IMG/VR virus record: IMGVR_UViG_3300045988_065855
Span: 1-45,727 of that record
Strand: one strand, 5' to 3'
Length of the DNA: 45,727 bases
From: a virus
Made by a program: the position numbers and the translations under genes. The notes under the pieces are model-generated. The model worked only from the letters and a program-made list of their open reading frames with translations, was not told the origin of the DNA and did not search any database. The stretch's first letter is position 1; the number at the start of each line of letters is the position of its first letter. This document shows positions 25,301 to 32,038 of this stretch, piece after piece.

Positions 25301-26011
25301 GTTGGTCGTGCCGCCTGCCTTGGGGAGATAGGTTGCGCCGGTCTTGTCCTGATACGTCATGCCGAAGCTCTTGCGAATCTGGTTGTTCGCCTCGTGCAGG
25401 CGGTTCCGTTCTGCCTCGTCCGTGGTGTTGTGCCACATGAGCGAGTTTGCGTTCAGCTGGTCGATTGCTTTCTGACGTTCTTCCTTCTCGTTCCACGTCT
25501 TGCCCGTCTTGCGTGCCGTGCCGCCGCTCATCGTGCCGCTCGTGCGCTTTGCCGCGTTCGCCCTCGGCAGCGTGTTCGTTTTCGCAGGTGCGCTCATCGT
25601 GCCCGTGCTTTTCAGTGTTCCGTTGTTCTTCGCGGTCTGCAAGGCGTGCCGTGCGTTGTTCTGCCGCGCCGTGTCCTGCCGCTGCTGTCTGCCCTCGCGC
25701 GTAATGCCGACGGTGTTGCCAAGGCCGCGGACGCTCTGCTGATACGGTCTTGCGCCCGTCACCTTGTCCGCCTGTCGGACGTTCCGGTTCGTTACCGTGC
25801 TCTTGCCGCCGGTACTCCGGCTTACTGTATTGTTTCGGCTCTGCGTGCCGCTTGTTTTCTTGGTTGTATTGGTGGTTTTCTTCGTCGAGCCGCCGAGGTA
25901 GTTCGACGCGGGTTTCGACTGCTTCGAAGCATTCTTTGCGTTCCGCCGTGCCTGCTCAAGCTGCTTCTTGCGTCCCTCGCTCAGCTGATACTTTTTATCT
26001 TTGCTTGCCAT
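19400..26011 (-). CDS. Giant virion-associated (polyvalent/ejection-type) protein with C-terminal M23 peptidoglycan peptidase (2203 aa)
   Basis: C-terminus HDGIDIGG...YGNYVVVDHGNGYTSLYGHL...GSTGNSSGPHLHLRVH carries the HxxxD and HxH M23 motifs. Basic low-complexity N-terminus. Internal hydrophobic segments. SD GGAGG. Confidence 0.8.
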   Translation of the reverse strand: MASKDKKYQLSEGRKKQLEQARRNAKNASKQSKPASNYLGGSTKKTTNTTKKTSGTQSRNNTVSRSTGGKSTVTNRNVRQADKVTGARPYQQSVRGLGNTVGITREGRQQRQDTARQNNARHALQTAKNNGTLKSTGTMSAPAKTNTLPRANAAKRTSGTMSGGTARKTGKTWNEKEERQKAIDQLNANSLMWHNTTDEAERNRLHEANNQIRKSFGMTYQDKTGATYLPKAGGTTNVSMPVVKIARGAALNRAATSQAQRQQRVDELDSEIERMQKQYPYLINMDVQGRNTADKAAAIAHLATHPKLAIAGINGSAQYDKMSADEKKQAQAIYQLYKRLNDESNALSKMSAAKSWGSSVANTLLNATGAVENAGRYVSGTMNKAAGDFLDFIGKDKAGQFLKDTAQKTLEGSLSDKALQAVNEWAQPVGMAKKGQEFAGSAARMAPGIAANMALPGASLAMIYGDSAKSGVNEAQREGATLDQAMLYGTGAGLTELGTEKMFSGIPGMGEGVIKTGNGILGRAADILGEGAEEAASTFINPYLKRATYNPNAQNATAKELLDSAKGGIAMSALMQGASGAANRLADYRYGTDTNTVYTSPEEANRDMVDPVYALPNGQRLALPEGNTRTANTLYANANGGVANNLRAFNDVQTPDVLYGNMRGDFTASQNSGNVLYAGPNGQVAQSLPTGYLPEGRSTKTKISMEANTRTIPFIDLENDNGGMYQSDMEWAKLLIDNSNKTGIPIKQYITEIVDPTMQEMETVRKAAEEYVRNYKGQGVSIIRNDDGTGYRASNNEDWYSQFYKKNGRKPRKSEAADIAQQFIQHDLMQGGGSWVSPELARDYGIAQSIQAAYDALGDTKYTGAKMTPNGLEVTTGGGTRTEDIRETNAGRNAIVSPAEINNTAQPLDLNAAQGVQQGAVQANPPLRDINPKLRTAAQAAQETAQNAPAEITQPMQGNAQGAALGTQQTAQANDINPELKKAGVNAESSVGAAKGGFDPYSKMVSDYGAIEPGMNPARTIDVPQSTNGTDRVSNVARTIMESGVTPESLIPALENHVAEGLFSHDVKSLKKTLGGATKTIQKKGWQGAFDQWEEVTDGRRAVTDDDIALGQMMYTAAVEAGDTQTAMKLAGDLAVQGTALGRGVNAFKLLKKTTPEGQLYYLQKAVQRIQQEYQSRFDKQAGKAAKKQGVPAEDIADQYGLKLNEDLVQEFLNAETDEARTKVVDKIYNDVAQQIPKTAGDIVNAWRYFAMLGNPRTHVRNFMGNVASAIALDASHKVSAAGQKFLPQGQRTRALHTNKAAHEFAKADYANVEAELSGNAYKTEMSEIKQRQKLFPKPLQKVMDKNTRALDVEDSWFKKGSYIKSMGNFLTARGWDVNNLTEAQLNEARQHAIQDAKIATFQDASALADTLGQLEKRNKGWGVAIGSLVPFKRTPINVAKRSFELSPVGLLKAITYDAVQVKKGNMDATKMIDHIGQGLTGSGIAALGAFLAAQGVFSAGSSDDDKEANLDAGMGQQEYAINIGGKSYTIDWASPAVVPLAMGGELYEALHQKYDDDETAFNQAMATVSRMFDPMLNMTMLSGIGSTVTSAAYNKSNPLFGIASNVATNFGGQFVPTLFGQIARTVDNTRRTTYADKNSPVPSSVQKFLQRQANKIPGLSQYQPAYTDVWGREQKNGPDNVFARAAYNFFSPGYLADAKSTQTEKALKELYQATGDSSVLPSKPQKYYKTEKGTKKFLTAQEYSALTSEGGKIALDALGKLTKSEAYKGMTNDEKIEAVSDVYKYAKAVAANKTYGKELEGTIQTVKDSGIEPGLYYAYKEMEDSYNDSMESWEARDQTFNSIKGDKSLSEQEKNSLYHTLLIKGVSDSRWENYTEISDKVTAEEYVDAMIQSQYIKGVADDTLADEKGSDKATMEATEFSQWLDMKGYSAEKRAALEDSFGFYSMNRAKPEKYTFDMIRTDGSATEKDTIGAVESSGISATQYMQIKMLANALKSGVDYEAGKSNAKKEAQAKIVSQNVDNYEQFAAIMSALGRKKFENLYSGGGKLPEDKKGDTGISVNRATGFSNPTKVSDAVITSGYGSRTAPTTNKGKGSKQHDGIDIGGSVNGQAADSIGGGKVTEVGYDENGYGNYVVVDHGNGYTSLYGHLQKATVKQGDTISAGQQVGVIGSTGNSSGPHLHLRVHKNGQSIDPRTVIPGYGG

Positions 26012-26037
26012 ATTACGCCTCCGGTAAAAGTAAGGTA

Positions 26038-26056
26038 GGGGCGGTCATGCCGCCCC
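26038..26056 (-). terminator. GC hairpin (attenuator or RNA-stabilising element) before the giant gene
   Basis: GGGGCGG-tcatg-CCGCCCC forms a perfect 7-bp stem. The - strand is T-rich after it (TACCTTACTTTTAC). Confidence 0.4.
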
Positions 26057-26062
26057 GTGCTG

Positions 26063-27571
26063 TTAATACGTCTGTGCCTTCGAGAGCCACTGCTTGTACA
26101 TCGTCAGGTATGTCGGGTCGAGCGTCTGCTGATATGCCTGATAATATGCGTTCGCCTGGTCCATTGCGCGGTTGTAAGCCGTCTCGTTCGCGTTCAGCTT
26201 GGTGCTTTCGTCATACTGCGACTGCTGCATATCCTGTGCACGCTTGTTGTAGGCGATATTTGCAAGCGTCTGCTGTGCGTCGAGCGTCGAGTTCACGCCG
26301 AAATTGCCGGTTGCGTTGCCGTAGTTGTACAGGTTGCTGATGACGTTCTGCTTTGCCGCCTCCTGCTGTGCCAGAATGCTCTGACGCTGCTGGTACAGGC
26401 TGTTTGCAAGGTCTGCCATGCTCTGCGCCGCCTGCGTCGAGTTTCCCGCCAGTGCGCTTGCGCGGTTGTTCTCCACGCTCTGGATTGCGTTTGCACGTGC
26501 AAGCTCGTTCTGGTTGTACGCCGAGTTGTAGGCGTTGTTCTGTGCCACCAGTGCGCTTTCCGACGCGCCCTGACCGGAAATGCCTGCCGCCGCAAGCTGA
26601 CTCGGAAGGTCACGCTGTGCCGTGCGGTAGTTGATGTACGCCTGCCGCGCCGCCTCGTCGTAGCCCTGGTTGAGAGACGGGAGCATCGCGGAATACTGCT
26701 GATTGATCTGGTTTGCCATCTGGTCGTAGTACGCCTGCTGCTGCTGCTTGATTTGCTCCTGCCGGTCAAGCTCTGCCTGATACTGCTGCTCGATTGCTTT
26801 CATGTTGTTGATGTAGGTCTGTGCGTTCTTCGCCGTCGCGTCGTTGGAAAACTGGTCGAGCTTGCCGCCGTTCAGCGCGATCTTGGTTTCGCGGTCATTG
26901 AGCGACTGCTGTACATCCTGCCAGTTTGCACCGCTTGCCATCTGGTCTGCAAGCACGGTCGAATAGTCGACGTTGTTGTATTTGTCCTTTGCCTGCTGCA
27001 TCGCATTCAGTCCCGTGCTCAGTGCGCCGCCGAGCATGCTGCCGACGGTATTTGCCACACCGTTTGCCGCCGTCGGTGCTTTCCACGTGCCGGTCTTGCT
27101 GTCGTAGCTGTAGCCATGCCCCGTATAAAGCGCACGGTTCTTTGCCTCGAGGTCCTTTCTCGTTGCCGCATCCGCAGTATGCCATGCCTGAGAGTTGGCC
27201 TGTGCCTGCTTGAGCCAGTCCGGCGTGCTGACCGCCGAGGACGCGGAAGAACCGCCGGAGTACGAGCCGCCAGAGGACGAGGCTGTCGGCGCACTCCACG
27301 TGCCCGTCTTGCTGTTGTAGGTGTAGCCGTGGTCAGAGTACAGCTTCCGGTTTGCCTGCTCGAGGTTCTTTTTCGTTGCCGCGTCTGCCGTGTGCCATGC
27401 ACTCGAATTTGCCTTTGCCTGATCGAGCCACGACGAGGAAGAACCGGACGAGCTCGACGAAGATCCCCGATTAGACGAGGACGAAGAACTCGAGCTGTTC
27501 TTCTTTTTGGCCGCCGCTGCTGCTGCGGCGGCCGTGGTTGCGGCATGGATAGCCGCGCCCCAGATACTCAT
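26063..27571 (-). CDS. Low-complexity Q/N/A/S-rich protein with two tandem ~50-aa repeats (502 aa)
   Basis: Poly-A and poly-S N-terminus. Repeats WL(D/K)QA.ANS.AWHTADAAT.K.LE..NR.LY..HGY.Y.SKTGTW.APTA at aa 48-97 and 119-168. SD AAGGAGAG. Confidence 0.75.
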   Translation of the reverse strand: MSIWGAAIHAATTAAAAAAAAKKKNSSSSSSSSNRGSSSSSSGSSSSWLDQAKANSSAWHTADAATKKNLEQANRKLYSDHGYTYNSKTGTWSAPTASSSGGSYSGGSSASSAVSTPDWLKQAQANSQAWHTADAATRKDLEAKNRALYTGHGYSYDSKTGTWKAPTAANGVANTVGSMLGGALSTGLNAMQQAKDKYNNVDYSTVLADQMASGANWQDVQQSLNDRETKIALNGGKLDQFSNDATAKNAQTYINNMKAIEQQYQAELDRQEQIKQQQQAYYDQMANQINQQYSAMLPSLNQGYDEAARQAYINYRTAQRDLPSQLAAAGISGQGASESALVAQNNAYNSAYNQNELARANAIQSVENNRASALAGNSTQAAQSMADLANSLYQQRQSILAQQEAAKQNVISNLYNYGNATGNFGVNSTLDAQQTLANIAYNKRAQDMQQSQYDESTKLNANETAYNRAMDQANAYYQAYQQTLDPTYLTMYKQWLSKAQTY

Positions 27572-27630
27572 ACATATCTCTCCTTTTGGGTAAAATAAAA
27601 GCAGGCGTTTCCGCCTGCTTTCCTGTTAAG

Positions 27631-28284
27631 TTAGTGTCTCACGACGTTTTCATAGTACGCGCCGAGCTTGTCCTCTACCGCGTCCCTGTCGCACAGCCAG
27701 AACGACTTTGCCATGTCCGCGTAAAATTCCTCGTTGCCCACGCCGTGCTTTTCTGCGACCTCGCTGAGGTCACTGTACACCGCGTTCATTGCCACCCAGA
27801 ATTTCACCGGATTGCATCGCAGTCCGTGCCGCTCCATGATTGCGCTGGTCTGCTCCATCGTCCAGTGTTCGCCGGTCGAGCCGTCCGCGTTCTTCATGCC
27901 GCGCACCCACTTTTCCGCCATCTGACGGTTGAGCTTTGCGCCGCCGCCGCGTGCATAACCCTGCATTTTCTCTGTTCCGTGCGTCTCGTCTCCCACATAG
28001 GACGTACTGCCGTCACGGAAGCCGATTTGACGCATTTCCGGGTACTCGTCGTACTCCGGCCATTCCGCGCTGCTTCTCGGTGCAAACCGGCCGTTCGAGT
28101 ACCGGCGCATCTCCGGCTCTCTGCCGTGAATGCGCTCGTCGTAGTAGCTGAGCGGGTCGTCATAACCGTAGGGCTCGATATAACGGCTGCGCGGCATATC
28201 ATACCGCACGCCGTAGTGCTCCCGGCCTTCAAAATCGCTCCTTCTGTTCCGCTGCATCAGCAGCATCATCGTTCCTCGTCTCAT
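27631..28284 (-). CDS. Hypothetical protein (217 aa), R/Y/E-rich N-terminus and a globular C-terminal domain
   Basis: ATGA overlap with the upstream gene. No family recognised. Confidence 0.7.
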   Translation of the reverse strand: MRRGTMMLLMQRNRRSDFEGREHYGVRYDMPRSRYIEPYGYDDPLSYYDERIHGREPEMRRYSNGRFAPRSSAEWPEYDEYPEMRQIGFRDGSTSYVGDETHGTEKMQGYARGGGAKLNRQMAEKWVRGMKNADGSTGEHWTMEQTSAIMERHGLRCNPVKFWVAMNAVYSDLSEVAEKHGVGNEEFYADMAKSFWLCDRDAVEDKLGAYYENVVRH

Positions 28285-28667
28285 GCTGTCACCGCCGTTC
28301 CGTTAATCGAGCGCAGCGCGTCCGAGTGCGAGCAGCAGGAATTTCCGAGCATTCGGAAACTGCCGCCGGTTGCCGAAGTGACCACCCGGCAAAGGTACTT
28401 GTGCCGCGTGTCGAGGTTGAACACGGTAGCCGCCGCGCCGTTGCATTTAAGGAGCGGATACGTTACCGTGCCGTCGCCGATCGTGATGACCACCGGCGCA
28501 CCGATGATCGTCGTACTCGGGATGTTCTGCGCGATGACGATACCGTATACGCAGCCGTTCTGATAATCTCCTGCCGGAATATTTACCGTCAGTACGCCGC
28601 TTGCGTAGGTCACGCTCTGTGAGATACGCAGGTTCGGACAAAGTTTCTGTACAGGCTTGCAAGCCAT
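28281..28667 (-). CDS. Beta-rich Cys-containing hypothetical protein (128 aa)
   Basis: ATG with SD GGAGGG. Cys at positions 3, 10, 39, 75 and 93, plus a CC pair near the C-terminus. Confidence 0.7.
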   Translation of the reverse strand: MACKPVQKLCPNLRISQSVTYASGVLTVNIPAGDYQNGCVYGIVIAQNIPSTTIIGAPVVITIGDGTVTYPLLKCNGAAATVFNLDTRHKYLCRVVTSATGGSFRMLGNSCCSHSDALRSINGTAVTA

Positions 28668-28725
28668 AACTGTTCCCTCCTGTCAAAGGCAGGGGGATTG
28701 CTCCCCCCCTCCTGAATATCGTATC

Positions 28726-29484
28726 TCAGCAGCCGCAGGTGTTGCAGCCGCAGCCGGAAAAACGCAGAGCGTTTACAAGGTAATTGTTCTGTGCCTCCTG
28801 CGAAGCCGCGAACTTCAAGGCCTGATTCTCGTTCTGGAGCGCCGCGATCTTCTCCTGCTGACGGGTGTTCTCCATTGCATCCAGTCGTGCAATGATACGG
28901 TCGGTGTCGTTGTGAGCAGACTGGATAATGTCACGCGTATTGGTCGCCGCGTTGTAATTGGCATCGCAGAAACCGCGCTCCATCTGTCTCTGGGTGTCGC
29001 AGCAGCAGCCGGACATCTGCGTGCCGAGTGCCGTCAGACCGGCGGTCACGCCGTTAAAGCCGTTGTTCATGTTCTGAACCGTGTTGTTTGCAAGCTGTGC
29101 CGTCTGGTAGCCGAGCTGACATACCGAATTGTCTACGCCGTGGAAGCCGTTCGAAACCGTGTTTCCGAGCGTGTTGAAGCCGGTCAGCATCCCGTTGTTC
29201 ATGCTGTAAAAGCCGTTGCACAATCCGTCCTGAATACCGAGAACGGAACGGGACAGGTTGTTGAAGTTGAACTCGCTGCACAGGTCGGAGCGAGTAACCG
29301 CGCCCTGATAGCCTGCACCGTTCGAGCCGTTGCCGCCCCAGTTGCCCCAGCCGTTACCGCCGAAGATGAGTGCGATAATCAGAAACGCGAAAATCCAAGA
29401 GCCGTTACCGCCCCACATGCCGTCATTGCCGCCGCCGTTGTTGTCAGAGCCAAGAGCGTAGCCGGTTGCAAAATCGTTATCCAT
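28726..29484 (-). CDS. Gly/Asn-rich membrane protein with Cys clusters (252 aa)
   Basis: GGGNDGMWGGNGSW-IFAFLIIALIF-GGNGWGNWGGNG flanks a TM helix. NGF-type repeats. SGCCCD motif. C-terminal GCGCNTCGC. SD AAGGAG. Confidence 0.75.
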   Translation of the reverse strand: MDNDFATGYALGSDNNGGGNDGMWGGNGSWIFAFLIIALIFGGNGWGNWGGNGSNGAGYQGAVTRSDLCSEFNFNNLSRSVLGIQDGLCNGFYSMNNGMLTGFNTLGNTVSNGFHGVDNSVCQLGYQTAQLANNTVQNMNNGFNGVTAGLTALGTQMSGCCCDTQRQMERGFCDANYNAATNTRDIIQSAHNDTDRIIARLDAMENTRQQEKIAALQNENQALKFAASQEAQNNYLVNALRFSGCGCNTCGC

Positions 29485-29592
29485 TTGAAAATCTCCTTTT
29501 CAGTTTATTTTGATCGGAGCCGCGCGAACTCCGAACATGACAAAATCACGTCGGTTTTTCGTCAAGACCCGTCCAAACTGAAAAGAAGTTAT

Positions 29593-29820
29593 TTACTTGA
29601 TCTTCATGCCGAACTGCTGCGCAAACTGATCGAGGTCAATCCCTCGCTCCTTTGCAACGTTCATTGCCATCTGCCGCAGCGCGTCCGGGCTCTTGCCCTG
29701 CATGCTCTGCATCAGCTGACCGACCATCGGATTATTGCCTGTCATCTGCTGCAAAAGCGCCGTCGGATTCCCGCCGTGCTGCATCAGCTGCAAAACCTGC
29801 ATCATCGGGTTATTCATCAT
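29593..29820 (-). CDS. Met/Gln-rich small protein (75 aa)
   Basis: ATGA coupling to the upstream gene. MMNNPMMQVLQLMQHGGNPTALLQQMTGNNPMVGQLMQSMQG. Confidence 0.65.
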   Translation of the reverse strand: MMNNPMMQVLQLMQHGGNPTALLQQMTGNNPMVGQLMQSMQGKSPDALRQMAMNVAKERGIDLDQFAQQFGMKIK

Positions 29821-30158
29821 GCCTCACTGCCTCCCAGCTTGTCGCATAAGGTGTTGAACCGTGCTTTCAGCTCGTCAAACTCGCCCCTCGGTACATAGTC
29901 CGGTTTTGGCGCGTCCTGCATCTGCACCCGGCTGTATGCCGCGAAATCCGCGCAGCCGGTTTGAAGGTTGAGCTGCTTTGTGTAGATATAGCCGTGCGCC
30001 GTGTCCGGCATGATGGTTAAAGCGCCCGAGAAATCGGTCTGAACCGCTCTTGCCTCCTCAACGCTTGCCACTGGACGCACAATATGTTGTGGGTACTGCG
30101 GTATCTGCACATTCTGTTGTGGATACTGCTGTGGATACTGTGGATAACCGCAAGCCAT
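29817..30158 (-). CDS. Protein with a Q/P/Y-rich N-terminus (113 aa)
   Basis: MACGYPQYPQQYPQQNVQIPQYPQH followed by a globular part. TAATG coupling with the upstream small ORF. Confidence 0.7.
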   Translation of the reverse strand: MACGYPQYPQQYPQQNVQIPQYPQHIVRPVASVEEARAVQTDFSGALTIMPDTAHGYIYTKQLNLQTGCADFAAYSRVQMQDAPKPDYVPRGEFDELKARFNTLCDKLGGSEA

Positions 30159-30313
30159 TATCCGTGCACCTCCGTTTCGTGAAGGGAGCGCTCCTTGTAG
30201 GCAAGGTACTCGTCGAGATACTTTGTGTTCCCCGCCTCGCGGTAGTCCTCAGCAATGCGCCGCGCACACTGCTTGTCGTAGCCGATACGTTCCAGTCTTT
30301 GTTCGTAGCTCAT
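30158..30313 (-). CDS. Small hypothetical protein (51 aa), first gene of the post-lysis operon
   Basis: Not in the track. ATG 30313 with SD GAGAGGGG. The stop overlaps the next ATG (TAATG). A TATAAT box sits 27 nt upstream (30345-30340, - strand). Confidence 0.5.
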   Translation of the reverse strand: MSYEQRLERIGYDKQCARRIAEDYREAGNTKYLDEYLAYKERSLHETEVHG

Positions 30314-30369
30314 GCTTTATCGCCCCTCTCTATGCGTCTATTATAGCGCATCGGGAGCGCGAAAACCTG

Positions 30370-30570
30370 TCACAAAACTTTCAGTATTTTCCGTTTGATG
30401 TTCCGCAGCCGCCGGTAAACCGTTGCCTCGCTCATATGCAGCGTGTCCGCAATCTGAATAACAGAACGCGCCGTAACTCGTAAATCGAATACGGCGCGTT
30501 CCTCGTCTGTAAAGTTGCATTCCTGCCGGAGGTATTCCACCTCCGGTCTTGTAAACTCCGTTAATTTCAT
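30370..30570 (-). CDS. Sigma-70 region-4 / LuxR-type HTH mini-regulator (66 aa)
   Basis: FTDEERAVFDLRVTARSVIQIADTLHMSEATVYRRLRNIKRKI is a sigma r4-like HTH. SD AAGGGGA. Confidence 0.7.
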   Translation of the reverse strand: MKLTEFTRPEVEYLRQECNFTDEERAVFDLRVTARSVIQIADTLHMSEATVYRRLRNIKRKILKVL

Positions 30571-30624
30571 GCGGTTATCCCCTTGTTATGGTGTCACCGC
30601 ATATCTTTTCCCTCTTTTTTTCTC

Positions 30625-31362
30625 TTAGCCGTACAGGTGCGCTCTGTCGTTAATCACCAGAATGCGCATCAGGCTTTCGGTCAGTGCAAGGTTGCCGTTC
30701 TCGTCGCCCTGCAAAAAGCCCTTGTTTACGAGCTTCTGCACGGTCTCCTGTGCCCACTGCGGGCACTCCTTCGGCCTGTTGTAAACCTTCTCCGCCGCGC
30801 TCCTGATCTCCTGCTTTGCAATCGCGCGGGTCTGTGCTTCCGTCATATCTTCAACCCTTTCAGTAAGTCGTTTCTTGAATGCCGTGAATTTGCTTTCGTC
30901 CCTCACCCACGGTTCTGGGCATGCCTTGCCGGTCACGTCGTAGTGCCGTACAACACGGTCAGCAGGAACATTGTACCGCCCCATGAGATACTTCACGAGC
31001 TCGACCGCCCTGTCGACCGTTGCCGCCGTGATGGTGTACCTGCCGCCCACGATGTCCGAGCACATTTCTACGCCGATGCTGTTGCGGTTCATGCAGATGC
31101 CGTGCAGCGGATGATGTCTGCTCTCGAGCGCACCGCCGCAGTGCCACGCCGTGTCGTCGTCGCGGACAGACTGCACAATGCTTTTCTCGTCGACAAAGTA
31201 GTGCGCACTTGCGCTCAGATTGCCGTTCTGAAAGTACCGTCCGTTGTTCGCCGCCGTGTCGCCGTTGTTCGCCGTGTAGTGCATGACGATGTAGCGAATG
31301 CCGTTGCCGCCGCGCCCTGCGCGGTAATTACTCGGGTCACAGGGGATGTAATCAATCTTCAT
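30625..31362 (-). CDS. Endolysin: N-acetylmuramoyl-L-alanine amidase (Amidase_2/PGRP) with a C-terminal putative wall-binding segment (245 aa)
   Basis: IRYIVMHYTANNGDTAANNGRYFQN...ASAHYFVDEKSIVQSVRDDDTAWHCG matches the Amidase_2 pattern. Follows the holin. Confidence 0.85.
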   Translation of the reverse strand: MKIDYIPCDPSNYRAGRGGNGIRYIVMHYTANNGDTAANNGRYFQNGNLSASAHYFVDEKSIVQSVRDDDTAWHCGGALESRHHPLHGICMNRNSIGVEMCSDIVGGRYTITAATVDRAVELVKYLMGRYNVPADRVVRHYDVTGKACPEPWVRDESKFTAFKKRLTERVEDMTEAQTRAIAKQEIRSAAEKVYNRPKECPQWAQETVQKLVNKGFLQGDENGNLALTESLMRILVINDRAHLYG

Positions 31363-31627
31363 GGCTGTCCTTCCTCGGCACCGAGTACGTCAACGCCTTC
31401 TCGCTGTCACTTACGCCGGCCGTCGTCGGGTCAATAAAGACCGACAGCACCGCAAGGCACATCGTGCAAAGCTGCACCGGGTTCGAGAGCACGCCCTTGA
31501 TACCCAGCCAGACCGCGCTCCACGAGGTAAAGGTCTGCGGGTCAACGCCGATGGCCGTGATAGCGACCGACAAAACGCCGACCCAGAACCACGGGTTTTT
31601 CATACGTACCGGAATATTAACCTTCAT
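31352..31627 (-). CDS. Holin (91 aa)
   Basis: ATG 31627 with SD AAGGAGG. Two TM segments (NPWFWVGVLSVAITAIGV, VQLCTMCLAVLSVFI). Immediately upstream of the endolysin. Confidence 0.7.
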   Translation of the reverse strand: MKVNIPVRMKNPWFWVGVLSVAITAIGVDPQTFTSWSAVWLGIKGVLSNPVQLCTMCLAVLSVFIDPTTAGVSDSEKALTYSVPRKDSHED

Positions 31628-31871
31628 GCTGCATTTCCTCCTTTTCCAAGTCCTCAATACGGTGGTTTGCCACGCGAACGCGCTCATCCATCACGGCAAA
31701 GTCCTGTTCGAGCTTATACGTGCGCGTGATGAGGTTGTTGTGCTTCTCCACCTTCTTTTCCAGCTGCTCAATGCGGTAATTCGTGAGATTGCTCGACAGC
31801 GCAATACCGCCGAGCGTTCCCACCAAAGTCCCCACCAGACTGAGCGCCGCTGTAAAAACTTCAGCCGACAT
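31617..31871 (-). CDS. Membrane/coiled-coil lysis-cassette protein (XhlA-like, 84 aa)
   Basis: N-terminal TM helix FTAALSLVGTLVGTLGGIAL followed by a coiled coil (RIEQLEKKVEKHNNLI...RIEDLEKEE). Confidence 0.55.
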   Translation of the reverse strand: MSAEVFTAALSLVGTLVGTLGGIALSSNLTNYRIEQLEKKVEKHNNLITRTYKLEQDFAVMDERVRVANHRIEDLEKEEMQHEG

Positions 31872-32037
31872 ACTCCACCTGCTTTCTGTTGTACTTCTGC
31901 GTGAGATACAGCTCCGTAATCCTGTATTTGCGCACCGCCTCGCGGATTTCTGCAAAGTCCTCACGCTGTCTGATGTGCTTCGGAAAAAACCCATCGACGA
32001 TCATGTTCGGTGCAGCGGTGTTTTCTGCGCCCTTCAT
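31861..32037 (-). CDS. Small hypothetical protein (58 aa)
   Basis: ATG 32037 lies 1 nt after the upstream stop. In-operon position. Confidence 0.45.
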   Translation of the reverse strand: MKGAENTAAPNMIVDGFFPKHIRQREDFAEIREAVRKYRITELYLTQKYNRKQVEYVG

Positions 32038-32038
32038 G

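Noticed and set aside
19400-26011. Siphovirus tape-measure protein
   Set aside because: A C-terminal M23 domain and hydrophobic segments do occur in tape-measure proteins. However, there are no tail tube, chaperone (G/GT), distal tail or baseplate genes, and the gene lies after the lysis cassette.
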